From Myxococcota bacterium (GTDB taxonomy: Bacteria > Myxococcota_A > UBA796 > SXON01): a DNA stretch of 64,000 nucleotides. Under the pieces are notes generated by a model. That model was given only the letters and a program-made list of their open reading frames with translations, was not told the DNA's origin and ran no database searches. Positions 8,067 through 17,049 of the stretch are shown piece after piece (within the stretch, counting starts at the first letter, position 1; every line of letters starts with the position of its first letter). Made by a program: the position numbers and the translations under genes. The stretch is taken from NCBI GenBank assembly GCA_040386535.1, contig JAZKFH010000022.1:19316-83315 (forward strand), read 5' to 3'.

Positions 8067-9520
8067 GCACGCTCCAATCCTCGGCATCGTGCCTCGCCGG
8101 ACTCGACCCAGCCGATCGCAGCCCCGAGTTGGAGCAGCAGCTCGCGGCAGATCTGTTGGTCGAGGCCGCCGGCTTCCCCGTTGTCTGGCTCGCGAGCGAT
8201 GCCGAGCGCGCGCAACGCCTCGCGGACGTGCTTCCCCGGGCTGTCTCGTTGCCAGCCTTTCGCGACGTGGGGACGTGGTCGCCCGAACAGCTCGCCGCCA
8301 TCGAGCGCGCGGGCGTCCTGGTCGCGCTGACGACGGCCGGACAGCTCTTGCCGCGCACGCTGGCGGCGGCGCTGATCCACGCAGCCCGCTCCGACGTGCC
8401 TGTCGCTCTCCTGGTCGATGGCTTGGACCGCGTGCGCGAACCCGAGGCGGTCGCCGCGGGAGTTCCCCGCCAGCTCGACGAGGTCTTGGCGGAGGGCGTC
8501 GGCGCTGGCCGGACCCGGCTGCCCGAGCGCGACATCGTTTGCCTCGGCAATGCGCGGGTGGCCGGACCCGATCTTGCGCAAGCGGTGGTGCGCGGCGTGG
8601 CTCTCCACCACCCCGGAACGAGGAGCCGAGCGCTAGCCAGGCTCCGCGCCGCGGAAGCCAGGCTCTGGATCGAGGTCAAGCTTCAACACGTGACCGCGCT
8701 CGCCTCGCTCTCCGCGGAGCACGCCGGCTTGATCCGTGAGAGTCAGCTCGGCGTGGATGTCCTCGCGCGCCGCCACGTCGGCGCCTGGATTCAGCCGCTG
8801 TCGTCGATCGGCGCTGCGCTGGCCAAGCTGGACCCTGAGGCGATGGTCGCCCGTGTCTACGAGGACGCACGCGCCACGCCCCTCGCGGAGGCGTTCGCGG
8901 CACGCCTTCGCGAGGAGATGGGCAGCGCGGTGGCCCTCCCGACACACGAGGTGGAGGCGCACCTGCGCGCCGATCTCAACGAACTTCGACGCCTGGTGCT
9001 CGCAGACCTGGGCCGCCTCGATGAGGCATTTGTCGCCCGCTTCCCTGGTTCCCTCCCTCCGCAATCGGCGCCCCTCGCGTCGGATGCCCTGCTCGCGCGC
9101 GTTGCAGCTCGACTCGACGCGATCGCCGAGGAGGTCAACGCCGCGGTGCTGGAACCGGCGTTGCTGCGGGTGTTCAGTGAGCTTCTTCGGGGCGGCTCCA
9201 GCGCGGCAAATCAGCCTGGCAGTGAGGACGCCAGAGCGCCCTCCCCGGACGCGCAGGCCCCCCTGACGCGCTCGATTTTCGCGCGAATCCCCGAGCAGAT
9301 GCTTCGGATCCACCTGGTGACGGCCACCCGGCAGATCCTGGACGACGCGCGCGACCGCGTCGAGCAAGTCCTGCGGACGGCGCTACTCGGGTGGTGCAGC
9401 GAGATCGCCGAGCTGACGGCTGTCGGCTTCCGGGATCGCGCGGACACGCTTGCCGCGCTCCGAGCGCACGCCGCGCGCCGCTTGGCCTCCCTCGGCGCCG
9501 CGCACACAGAGCTCCGATGA
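8063..9520 (+). CDS. Probable degenerate dynamin-like protein, 485 aa
   Basis: ATGA-coupled between two dynamins. It retains AGVLVAL...VALLVDGLDRV (G4-region-like) and a long helical C-terminus, but has no Walker A. Confidence 0.5.
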   Translation: MSTLQSSASCLAGLDPADRSPELEQQLAADLLVEAAGFPVVWLASDAERAQRLADVLPRAVSLPAFRDVGTWSPEQLAAIERAGVLVALTTAGQLLPRTLAAALIHAARSDVPVALLVDGLDRVREPEAVAAGVPRQLDEVLAEGVGAGRTRLPERDIVCLGNARVAGPDLAQAVVRGVALHHPGTRSRALARLRAAEARLWIEVKLQHVTALASLSAEHAGLIRESQLGVDVLARRHVGAWIQPLSSIGAALAKLDPEAMVARVYEDARATPLAEAFAARLREEMGSAVALPTHEVEAHLRADLNELRRLVLADLGRLDEAFVARFPGSLPPQSAPLASDALLARVAARLDAIAEEVNAAVLEPALLRVFSELLRGGSSAANQPGSEDARAPSPDAQAPLTRSIFARIPEQMLRIHLVTATRQILDDARDRVEQVLRTALLGWCSEIAELTAVGFRDRADTLAALRAHAARRLASLGAAHTELR

Positions 9521-12500
9521 GCACGGCGTCGGGTCCGAGCCCTCTCGTGCTCGTCTACGACCCCAGCGACGCGTGGAGTTCGCTCGGAGGGCCGTCGTTG
9601 CCCCTCGGCCAAGCAGTGACGCTCGAGCGAGAGGGATTGGTGACCCGCATGCTGCGCCTTCCGGCCGGCCCCCTCCCCCCTTCGGATGTGCTGATCGGGC
9701 TGGTTCCGGATCGCGTCTTTGACCAGGAGGAGAACGCAACCGCGACGCGCGCGCTCACGGGGCATCGCCTGTTCATCGCGGGCGTCGACAGCAATCTGCT
9801 GGCCGAGGTTCCTCGCGCCGGGTTTGGCTTCGAGGAGCTGATTGCAGCGGTTCGCCGGAGCTACCGGGCGCCGCTGATGCTCGTGGTCGAGGCCGATCCG
9901 CGCGAGACCGTAGCGGACAGCATCCGGCTCGTATTCAAGCTCGCCCATGTGGCATCGGCCTGCCGTAGCTCGCGCGCGGAGATCGCTCGGCTCACCGGCG
10001 CCGGTCGAACCCTTCTGCGCCGCGTCCAGCCCACGAACTCCGGCCTGGCCTCGCTGGCTACAGCCATCGACGATGCCGCCCAGGCCAAGCAACTGCGTCA
10101 GGGGACCAGCGCGGCTGAGGGAAGTCTCTCCGCCCAAACAAGAGACTTTTCTCTGAGGACGGGAGAGTGGGAGACGCTCGCCGGCCGGTACCGCGACCGA
10201 TGCCTCGCCGCAGCGCGCGGCGTCAAATACCACGGTGTTGGCGCGGAGAACATCGTGGAAGGCGTGGCCGAGCTGCTCGCGGACGTGGCCTTGCGCCTGG
10301 AGCTCGACCTGGCCAGCCCCCCTTGCAGCCAGCTCGTCGCGTGGACGCAAAGCCTGCGGCTAACGCTCGCGACGCCGGGGATCACGTTGCCGATCGTCGG
10401 GCTGTTCAGCTCCGGGAAGACCACTCTCATCAATCACATTCTCGGCAGCACCCCAGATGGGCACCCGCTGCTACGCACATCGCAAGCGCACAACACCGCG
10501 CTGCTCGCCCACTTCCACCTCAAGAGCCCGGAAGAACAGAACCGAGTCAGCTTCAAGTGGCGCGACAGGGTCGATCTCGAGCTCCTGCGCCATGATGACC
10601 CCGAAGCGCGCCCCATCGCCTCCCCCGGCGGGGGCGTCATCGAATCCGTGGCCTCGAGCGGCGATGGTGGCAGGATGGTGACCGTGCGTACGGATGACGG
10701 CGCGCTGCGGTGGGCAACCGTGCCAAACAATCGCCGCCTCCTCGCGGATGTACGGAAGGGTTTCCGCGTTCGCCATGGGCAGGCACTGACGGACGGGCTC
10801 GACGCGGACGCGCAGATGGCGGGCCTGCTCTCGGAGCCCGCCAGCCGGGCCTTATCCGCACGCCCGTGGGCGATCTTGTCGATGATCCGGTTTCTTGCCG
10901 AGGGGCGGCTGGATGACGTGCGCCTGAGCGTGCGCTGGCGCGAGCTGCGCCGCGACCGGATAATGGGCGATCCGTTCGCACCTTTGGACGAAGTGCTTTC
11001 TCCCCATGAGCCTCGGGGGATGGAGGTCTTGCGCGTGCTCGAGGAGATCGCGCGCGGGTACGAGGACGCCAAGGAATTGCGCGTGGCAATCCCGCACAAA
11101 CGGGCGCGCTATCCTATGTCCGTGGCGATCCAAGCCCGCATCCGACCCGCAACCTGCGTGCCGGCCGATCATGTGCTGGAAACCGACGCGGATTGGAACT
11201 GGTTCCAGGGCCCTGCCATCTCCCGCTCCACCGAAGGCGACGGCCCGCGCGGCTTCGCCGAGTCTCCCCTCGCCGCGTGGCTGATCGAGCGCGCAGATAT
11301 CCGGCTTGACACGCCGCTGTTCCGCTTGGTGTCACTCGCCGACACGCCAGGGCTCAATTCGATCAGCGAACACCATGACCGCATCACGGAGCAGGTGATC
11401 CAGGATGGGCATGCCTTCCTCGTCATGGTGCTCCTTGGCAAGGACACCAAGTCAGGGGCCATGGAGCGCGTGTTGCACATGATCCGGCAGTCGTTGGAGG
11501 CGCATCGTGTTCCCCGCGGCGATTGGCGCGATCGGGTGTTCGTCGTGATGAACTGGAAGGATCGTGAGGTTGGCGCGCGGACTTCCGAGCTCGCAAAGGC
11601 GAGCGTGGAGTACCTTCGCGGGCGGCTGCGCGCGGTCTTGGAAACGGATTCGCCGCGCACCTACGTGGTCAACCTCGCTCCCACGCGCGCGCACGAGAAT
11701 CCGGACGAGCTGCTCGGCTACCCGTCGCTCGCGCCCCTGAAACGCGACTTGCGGACGTTCCTCGCCCTGCGCGGGCTCGGCGGAAAACTCTCCGATGCAC
11801 TGCAGGAGCTCGCGGCGATTCTGACGCGCCGGAAGCGGGACCTGGAAAACGAGGCAATCCCTTTGCGGGGTGGACACAACGCCGACGACATGAAGCGGTT
11901 GGGCCTGGCCATCGAGACGCTTGCCCCAGGCGGCTCCGCGCGGAAGGCCCTCGCGACGTCGATCCAGGAGGCCGTCGATGCGGTCACCTCCCCGATCCTG
12001 CAGTTGAACCGCGAGCTCTCCCGCGACTATCAAGGCAAGGATGACTTCGCTCAGGCGGGTGAGATCGGGCCCACCTTCATCCGCGCCTACCACGCGGGGC
12101 GCCTTGCGCTGATTGGGGATGTGCCTGCGGGGATCGACGCGCGCCTTCAGCGGCTCGGAGGCGAATGGGTGAGCGACCGGCCCAAGGTTGACCGCCCGGC
12201 GGAGGAGGTCGCGCTCCTCCCCACGCTCGCTCCCGACGCGCTGGCAAACGATGCCGCCGCCGTGGTTCGCGACTGGCCGGGCGGCTGGAGCCGGTTCTGG
12301 CACGCGGTGTTCAACTTCGAATACCATGTGACCACGCAGCGGAGCCTGCTCTGCGCGCGGTACGCCGACGCCGCGTTCGTGGCGAAGGTCGCTGTCGCTG
12401 CGCAGGCGGCGGGCAAACGAATGAGCGACTCCGTCAACGCGGCCTGCGATGCGCTCCACGTCAAGCTGACATCGCGACGAGCCACGAGCTTGGCCAGCGC

Positions 12501-12633
12501 CTCAGATCGCGCCGCGCGACTCGAAGAGATCGAACGGCAGCTTGAGTCGCTTCGCTGCTTCGAGCCCGCGGCCCGAAGGATGTCCGATGCGCTGCGGCGG
12601 TGCGTCCTGGAACTGGAAGGGAAGACAAATTGA
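9517..12633 (+). CDS. Large dynamin-like GTPase with inserted barrel-sandwich-hybrid-like domain, 1038 aa
   Basis: G1 IVGLFSSGKTTLINHILG, G2 HNTA, G3 LADTPGLNS, G4 VMNWKD. There is a long insertion between G2 and G3. ATGA overlap at 9517. Confidence 0.85.
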   Translation: MSTASGPSPLVLVYDPSDAWSSLGGPSLPLGQAVTLEREGLVTRMLRLPAGPLPPSDVLIGLVPDRVFDQEENATATRALTGHRLFIAGVDSNLLAEVPRAGFGFEELIAAVRRSYRAPLMLVVEADPRETVADSIRLVFKLAHVASACRSSRAEIARLTGAGRTLLRRVQPTNSGLASLATAIDDAAQAKQLRQGTSAAEGSLSAQTRDFSLRTGEWETLAGRYRDRCLAAARGVKYHGVGAENIVEGVAELLADVALRLELDLASPPCSQLVAWTQSLRLTLATPGITLPIVGLFSSGKTTLINHILGSTPDGHPLLRTSQAHNTALLAHFHLKSPEEQNRVSFKWRDRVDLELLRHDDPEARPIASPGGGVIESVASSGDGGRMVTVRTDDGALRWATVPNNRRLLADVRKGFRVRHGQALTDGLDADAQMAGLLSEPASRALSARPWAILSMIRFLAEGRLDDVRLSVRWRELRRDRIMGDPFAPLDEVLSPHEPRGMEVLRVLEEIARGYEDAKELRVAIPHKRARYPMSVAIQARIRPATCVPADHVLETDADWNWFQGPAISRSTEGDGPRGFAESPLAAWLIERADIRLDTPLFRLVSLADTPGLNSISEHHDRITEQVIQDGHAFLVMVLLGKDTKSGAMERVLHMIRQSLEAHRVPRGDWRDRVFVVMNWKDREVGARTSELAKASVEYLRGRLRAVLETDSPRTYVVNLAPTRAHENPDELLGYPSLAPLKRDLRTFLALRGLGGKLSDALQELAAILTRRKRDLENEAIPLRGGHNADDMKRLGLAIETLAPGGSARKALATSIQEAVDAVTSPILQLNRELSRDYQGKDDFAQAGEIGPTFIRAYHAGRLALIGDVPAGIDARLQRLGGEWVSDRPKVDRPAEEVALLPTLAPDALANDAAAVVRDWPGGWSRFWHAVFNFEYHVTTQRSLLCARYADAAFVAKVAVAAQAAGKRMSDSVNAACDALHVKLTSRRATSLASASDRAARLEEIERQLESLRCFEPAARRMSDALRRCVLELEGKTN

Positions 12634-13562
12634 CTGAGACCATTGATGCGCAGGAAGCCAAGCTGATCGCGGATCTGCTGGACCGTCAATCGGCGGCAGG
12701 GCCCCGGCTCGAGGCGGAGCTGCGAGTGCTGGTGGCGGCACAGGCAGAGAGCGCGGTTGCGGCGGTTCGCACCCGGCTGGTGGGAGCGGAGAGCGGGATC
12801 GGCGAGTGCCGTCGTACCCTGAGGGAGCTGGACGGATGCGTGGACGAGCTCGGCCGAAGGCTGGGGGCGGAGATCGTCGCGGCGAGGGCGGAGGCCGTGA
12901 CCGAGCATTCGGCCCGGCGAGCAGAGATGGCGGCGATTCGGGGCGCGCTCAACGCGCAGATCACGGCGCTGGCCGGCGACGTCGCCGCGACCCGCGTGGA
13001 GGCTTCGGCCGAGCGGGAGACGCGGCGGGCACAGATGCAGGATCTGCGTCTCGAATGCGGGGTGGAGATCGCTGCCACGCGGGCGGCGATGGAACCGCTT
13101 CGCAACGCGCTCGTTGCGCAGATCGCGGCGGTCCGCACGGAAACCGACGAGTCTCGAAAAGCTCTGGGTGCCGAGTTCGCGGTGTTCCGCCGTGGGACCG
13201 GCGCGGAGCGCGAGGCGCGGCTGGCTGAGGCGGCAGAGGCTCGGACCGAAGTCACCCGACGGCTGGACGGACTCGCGGGCGCATTGGCCGAGGGACTGCT
13301 GGCCGTCCGCGCAGAAGAGGAAGCCAGCCGGGAGCAATACGCCGGCGCCGTCGCTGTCACACGCGCAGAGCTGGCGGCGGCTACCCTTGCCCTACAAGGG
13401 CACACGGAGGAGTTGAACCTTCTCCGCGGCTGCGCCGAAGCCAGCCGTCAGAAGACGGAGCGCCAACTGTTGCGGATCGGAACCGGAGCAGCACTCGCGG
13501 CCATCGTCGGCATGGCGGGATGGTTCGCGGCGGCGGCGATGTTGTGGCTCGCCGTGCGATAG
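12630..13562 (+). CDS. Coiled-coil protein with C-terminal transmembrane anchor, 310 aa
   Basis: A TTG start overlaps the dynamin stop. The body is Ala/Glu/Arg-rich heptads and it ends IGTGAALAAIVGMAGWFAAAAMLWLAVR. Confidence 0.7.
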   Translation: MTETIDAQEAKLIADLLDRQSAAGPRLEAELRVLVAAQAESAVAAVRTRLVGAESGIGECRRTLRELDGCVDELGRRLGAEIVAARAEAVTEHSARRAEMAAIRGALNAQITALAGDVAATRVEASAERETRRAQMQDLRLECGVEIAATRAAMEPLRNALVAQIAAVRTETDESRKALGAEFAVFRRGTGAEREARLAEAAEARTEVTRRLDGLAGALAEGLLAVRAEEEASREQYAGAVAVTRAELAAATLALQGHTEELNLLRGCAEASRQKTERQLLRIGTGAALAAIVGMAGWFAAAAMLWLAVR

Positions 13563-13642
13563 GTCAGTGTCTCAACGTCTCAACCAGCTTGACACCGAGG
13601 ACCGCCAAACACGGCCGCATCCCTCCGCGTTAAACTTCACCG

Positions 13643-14299
13643 ATGAGTATCCAAACGTCCCTCTGTCCGAATCGTTGCATCAAGACCCCCTACGGCATCG
13701 TCGACGTCGGCAGCCCCGTACTTCGCCGGCGAGCGGTCGAAGTTGATCCGGCGGAGCTCGACCTCCCGATCTTCAGGGGTCTCGTCGCGGAGCTGGTCCG
13801 CCGCCTCGCCGTCGGCGTCGGCGTCGCCGCCCCCCAGGTCGGCTTCGGCGTGCGCGTGATCGTGGTGGAGGACGGCCCCGAGAAGTGGGAGCGCGCAAAG
13901 CCCCCGCCGGCCGAGACGCAGCTTCGCGAGCGTGAACGCGCGGCCCTGCCCCGCATGGTGCTCGTCAACCCAGTCCTCACGCCGCTGGGCGAGGAGCGCA
14001 CCGACTTCCTCGAGGGGTGCTTGAGCGTCGGGGATCTCGCGGCCGTGGTGACGCGCTACCGGTCGGTGCACCTCCGCGCATTGGGCCTCGACGGCAAGGT
14101 TGTGGAGGGCGACTACCACGGCTGGTCCGCTCGCATCCTCCAGCACGAGGTCGACCATCTAGACGGCGTGCTGTTCGTGGACCGAATGGATCCGCGCACG
14201 CTCGCGCGGCACGCCGCGTTGGCGGAGCTGTGGCCCGGCGCGTCGGTCGCCGAGCTGCGCGAAGGGTTGAATACGCCCGGGATGGGAAGGCCTATCTGA
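13643..14299 (+). CDS. def: Peptide deformylase
   Basis: All three PDF motifs are present: GVGVAAPQVG, EGCLSV and QHEVDHLDG. Confidence 0.95.
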   Translation: MSIQTSLCPNRCIKTPYGIVDVGSPVLRRRAVEVDPAELDLPIFRGLVAELVRRLAVGVGVAAPQVGFGVRVIVVEDGPEKWERAKPPPAETQLRERERAALPRMVLVNPVLTPLGEERTDFLEGCLSVGDLAAVVTRYRSVHLRALGLDGKVVEGDYHGWSARILQHEVDHLDGVLFVDRMDPRTLARHAALAELWPGASVAELREGLNTPGMGRPI

Positions 14300-14390
14300 G
14301 GACGGATTCAGAAAGGCGTCACAAATTGCGGCCCACCCCTGTCCGGTCCCCTCCCCCACCCGCGTCTCCCCTCCCACAAGGAGCTCACCG

Positions 14391-15047
14391 ATGGACCTCG
14401 ACCGCTTCGTGACCGCCACCCCACGTCCCCTCCCGGTGATCCTGCTCCTCGACGTGAGCGGGAGCATGCAGGGCTCGAAGATCGCCGCCCTGAACGCCGC
14501 GCTCAAGGAGCTCGCTCAGGACCTGGCCGGGAGCACCACGCCCCAAGGCGAAATCCACATCGGCGTGGTGGTGTTCTCCTCGGGCGTCGACGCACGAGAC
14601 CCGGTGGCCGCCGGCCAGTTCGTCCCCGAGGAATTCCGCGCCGATGGGCAAACGGCGATGGGCGCGGCGATTGACGCCACTCGCGCCATGCTGGAGGACC
14701 GGGAACGGATCCCGTCTCGCGCGTACACCCCGACGCTGGTCCTCGTGAGCGACGGCCAGCCGACCGACGGCGCGGAGAAGGCGATCGAGCGCCTCCTCGG
14801 ATCGGACCGCGGTCGGAAGGCCACGCGCCTGGCCCTCGCGATCGGGGATGACGCCGATGTCGACATGCTCAAGCGCTTCGTGGGAAACGCGGAGATCCCC
14901 GTGTTCCGCGCACAAGAGACCGCCAAGATCCGCGACTTCTTTCGATGGGTCACGTTCTCCGTGCAGGTGCGCACCAAGTCCCGCAACCCCGATGCGACCG
15001 CCGTGCCGCTGGTGGCCGGCTTCGACCCGGGCGACCTGGTCTACTGA
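14391..15047 (+). CDS. terY: TerY-like vWA domain protein
   Basis: RPLPVILLLDVSGSM (MIDAS DxSxS), GQTAMGAA and LVSDGQPTD; AAGGAG RBS. Confidence 0.9.
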   Translation: MDLDRFVTATPRPLPVILLLDVSGSMQGSKIAALNAALKELAQDLAGSTTPQGEIHIGVVVFSSGVDARDPVAAGQFVPEEFRADGQTAMGAAIDATRAMLEDRERIPSRAYTPTLVLVSDGQPTDGAEKAIERLLGSDRGRKATRLALAIGDDADVDMLKRFVGNAEIPVFRAQETAKIRDFFRWVTFSVQVRTKSRNPDATAVPLVAGFDPGDLVY

Positions 15048-15700
15048 TGCCGGCCCTCTCGGTCGCGGTGCCCGGGCGGGCAGGCGTCGTCTGTGCGGAC
15101 TGCGCGGATCGCCACCCCCGCGGCGATGCCATCGTCGTGGCCGACGGGCTCGGGAGCGCTTCGTTGGGCTCGCTCGGCAGCTACACCGTGGCGGCGATCG
15201 TGCTCGGCGCGCTTCGCGACGATGCGTGGGCCGGCCTCCCGACCGAGGCCCTCGCGACAAGGCTTCACAGCCTCTACGGTGAGGCCACCGGCGGTGCGAG
15301 GGAGGTCGCGACGACATGCCTGTTTGCCATCGCTACGCGCGATCGATTGGTCGTGGGCCAGGTCGGCGACGGACTGGTGGCGGTGCTCTGCACGAGCGGC
15401 GCGCTCTGGACCATGGACGTGGAGAAGGACTTCGGCAACGAGACGGACGCCCTCCCGCGCTCCGTTCCGCGCTGCTCCGACCTCCCGCTCGACACGGTCG
15501 ATGGCGTATTCCTTTGCAGCGACGGCGTAGCCGACGACCTCGTCGCCGGGCGGCTCCCGGAGCTCGTGCACTCGCTCCTCGCGGAAGCTCGTCGTGATCC
15601 AACCGCGCTTGAGACACGACTTCATGGTTGGCTCACGCGCTGGCCGACCCCCAACTCTCACGACGACCGGGCGCTCGCGCTCCTCTGGATGCCCCGATGA
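15047..15700 (+). CDS. PP2C-family protein phosphatase (TerY-P triad), 217 aa
   Basis: VVADGLGS, QVGDG, LCSDGV and HDDRAL; TGATG overlap with terY. Confidence 0.9.
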   Translation: MPALSVAVPGRAGVVCADCADRHPRGDAIVVADGLGSASLGSLGSYTVAAIVLGALRDDAWAGLPTEALATRLHSLYGEATGGAREVATTCLFAIATRDRLVVGQVGDGLVAVLCTSGALWTMDVEKDFGNETDALPRSVPRCSDLPLDTVDGVFLCSDGVADDLVAGRLPELVHSLLAEARRDPTALETRLHGWLTRWPTPNSHDDRALALLWMPR

Positions 15701-17049
15701 CCCGCCCCGCCCTCGTCGAACGCCTCCCAACCCCCGGCGACGCGGTCGAGACCACCGACGGGGCCCGGTTCATCCTGGGCGAGCCGCTCGGGCGCGGCAA
15801 CCAGGGGGCGGTGTTCAGCCTTCGGCTCCCCGCCGGCGCGGCTCCGCTCTGCGCCAAGATCTACCTCGGCCTCGACGACGCGCGCGCGGCACGGATGCGG
15901 ACTCGTTTGGAGCAGCTCCGCCAGCTCCCGGCCACCGATCAGCTCGTCCTCCCACGAAAGGTGCTCCGCGCCCCGAAGCTCGGGTATGTGATGAACCAGG
16001 TGATCGGGCACAGCTCGATCGGCGCGCTGTCGACGCGGCCGTCCGGCGCCTCGGTTCGACCCTGGTACGCGGAGGGGGGCGGCCTCCGCCGACGGCTCCT
16101 GCTCGGCCTGGAGCTCTGCGCCGCCTTCCGCGATCTGCACGCGCGCGGGCTCGCCTACTGCGACCTCTCGTTCGACAACGTCCTGGTGTCGGGCGACCCG
16201 CTCCCCCGCGTGCGGCTCATCGACTGCGACAACCTCACGCTACCGGGCACGCCCGGCTCGAACGTGGCCGGCACGCCGTGGTTCATCGCGCCCGAGATCC
16301 TCTCCGGGGCGAGCTCGCCGGACATCTTCACCGACGTCCACTCGCTCGCGGTCCTGCTCTACCACCTGCTCGTCTTGACTCACCCGCTGCTCGGAGATGC
16401 GATCCGCACCGACACCACGGACGCCGAAGACGCCGCGTTGCGCGGGCGTTGGCCCGGCGGTGGCGTGCTGCCCTGGATCGATGCGCCGGACGATGCACGG
16501 AATCGCGCGGGGAGCGGCCTCCCTCGACACCTGGTGCTCTCCCCGGGCATCGCCGCTACCTTTGACCGCGCCTTCAGCGATGGGCTGCACGACCGCACCA
16601 GGCGCCCCTCGGAGGGCACCTGGGCGGAGGTGCTGGGCCGCGCGGTCGATGCGGTGGTGGGCTGCCCGGCGTGCCGGAACACCAACTGGCTGGGAGCCGG
16701 CGAGTGCGCGTGGTGCGGCAAGCCGGTCGCTCCGCCCACGGTGTTGGTGCTGCGCCACACGGACGGGCGCCGCCCGGTGGTCGTCGAGCAGCGGCGCCGG
16801 CTCTACCCACGCCACCTCCTGTTCCGCCGGGACACGCTCGGGGAGGCGCCTCTCGCGGAGGTCGGCTTCGTCGGGGATCAGCTGACCCTCGAGAGCCGGG
16901 CGGAGCTGGCCTTCGACCTGCGCTCGGAGGATGGGCGGGCCGTGCGTGTCGAGCCGGGCGCGCGGGCGCCGCTCGCCCTCGGGGATGTGTTCCGGCTCGG
17001 CCCGAAGGGCGTAGAGGTGGAAGTCCAGCACGTGGGGGCGAAACGATGA
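15697..17049 (+). CDS. Ser/Thr protein kinase with Zn ribbon and FHA-like tail (TerY-P triad), 450 aa
   Basis: LGRGNQGAVF, CAKIY, YCDLSFDNVL, IDCDN and GTPWFIAPE, then CPAC...CAWC. Confidence 0.9.
   Translation: MTRPALVERLPTPGDAVETTDGARFILGEPLGRGNQGAVFSLRLPAGAAPLCAKIYLGLDDARAARMRTRLEQLRQLPATDQLVLPRKVLRAPKLGYVMNQVIGHSSIGALSTRPSGASVRPWYAEGGGLRRRLLLGLELCAAFRDLHARGLAYCDLSFDNVLVSGDPLPRVRLIDCDNLTLPGTPGSNVAGTPWFIAPEILSGASSPDIFTDVHSLAVLLYHLLVLTHPLLGDAIRTDTTDAEDAALRGRWPGGGVLPWIDAPDDARNRAGSGLPRHLVLSPGIAATFDRAFSDGLHDRTRRPSEGTWAEVLGRAVDAVVGCPACRNTNWLGAGECAWCGKPVAPPTVLVLRHTDGRRPVVVEQRRRLYPRHLLFRRDTLGEAPLAEVGFVGDQLTLESRAELAFDLRSEDGRAVRVEPGARAPLALGDVFRLGPKGVEVEVQHVGAKR

Noticed and set aside
10606..10800. 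An rpoC gene fragment or pseudogene
   Set aside because: The segment is in frame inside an intact GTPase and no other RpoC motifs (e.g. NADFDGD) are seen. I treat it as a domain insert.
13589..13636. Sigma70 promoter from TTGACA and TAAACT
   Set aside because: The two hexamers are 36 nt apart, far from the usual ~17, and there is no -10 at the proper distance.
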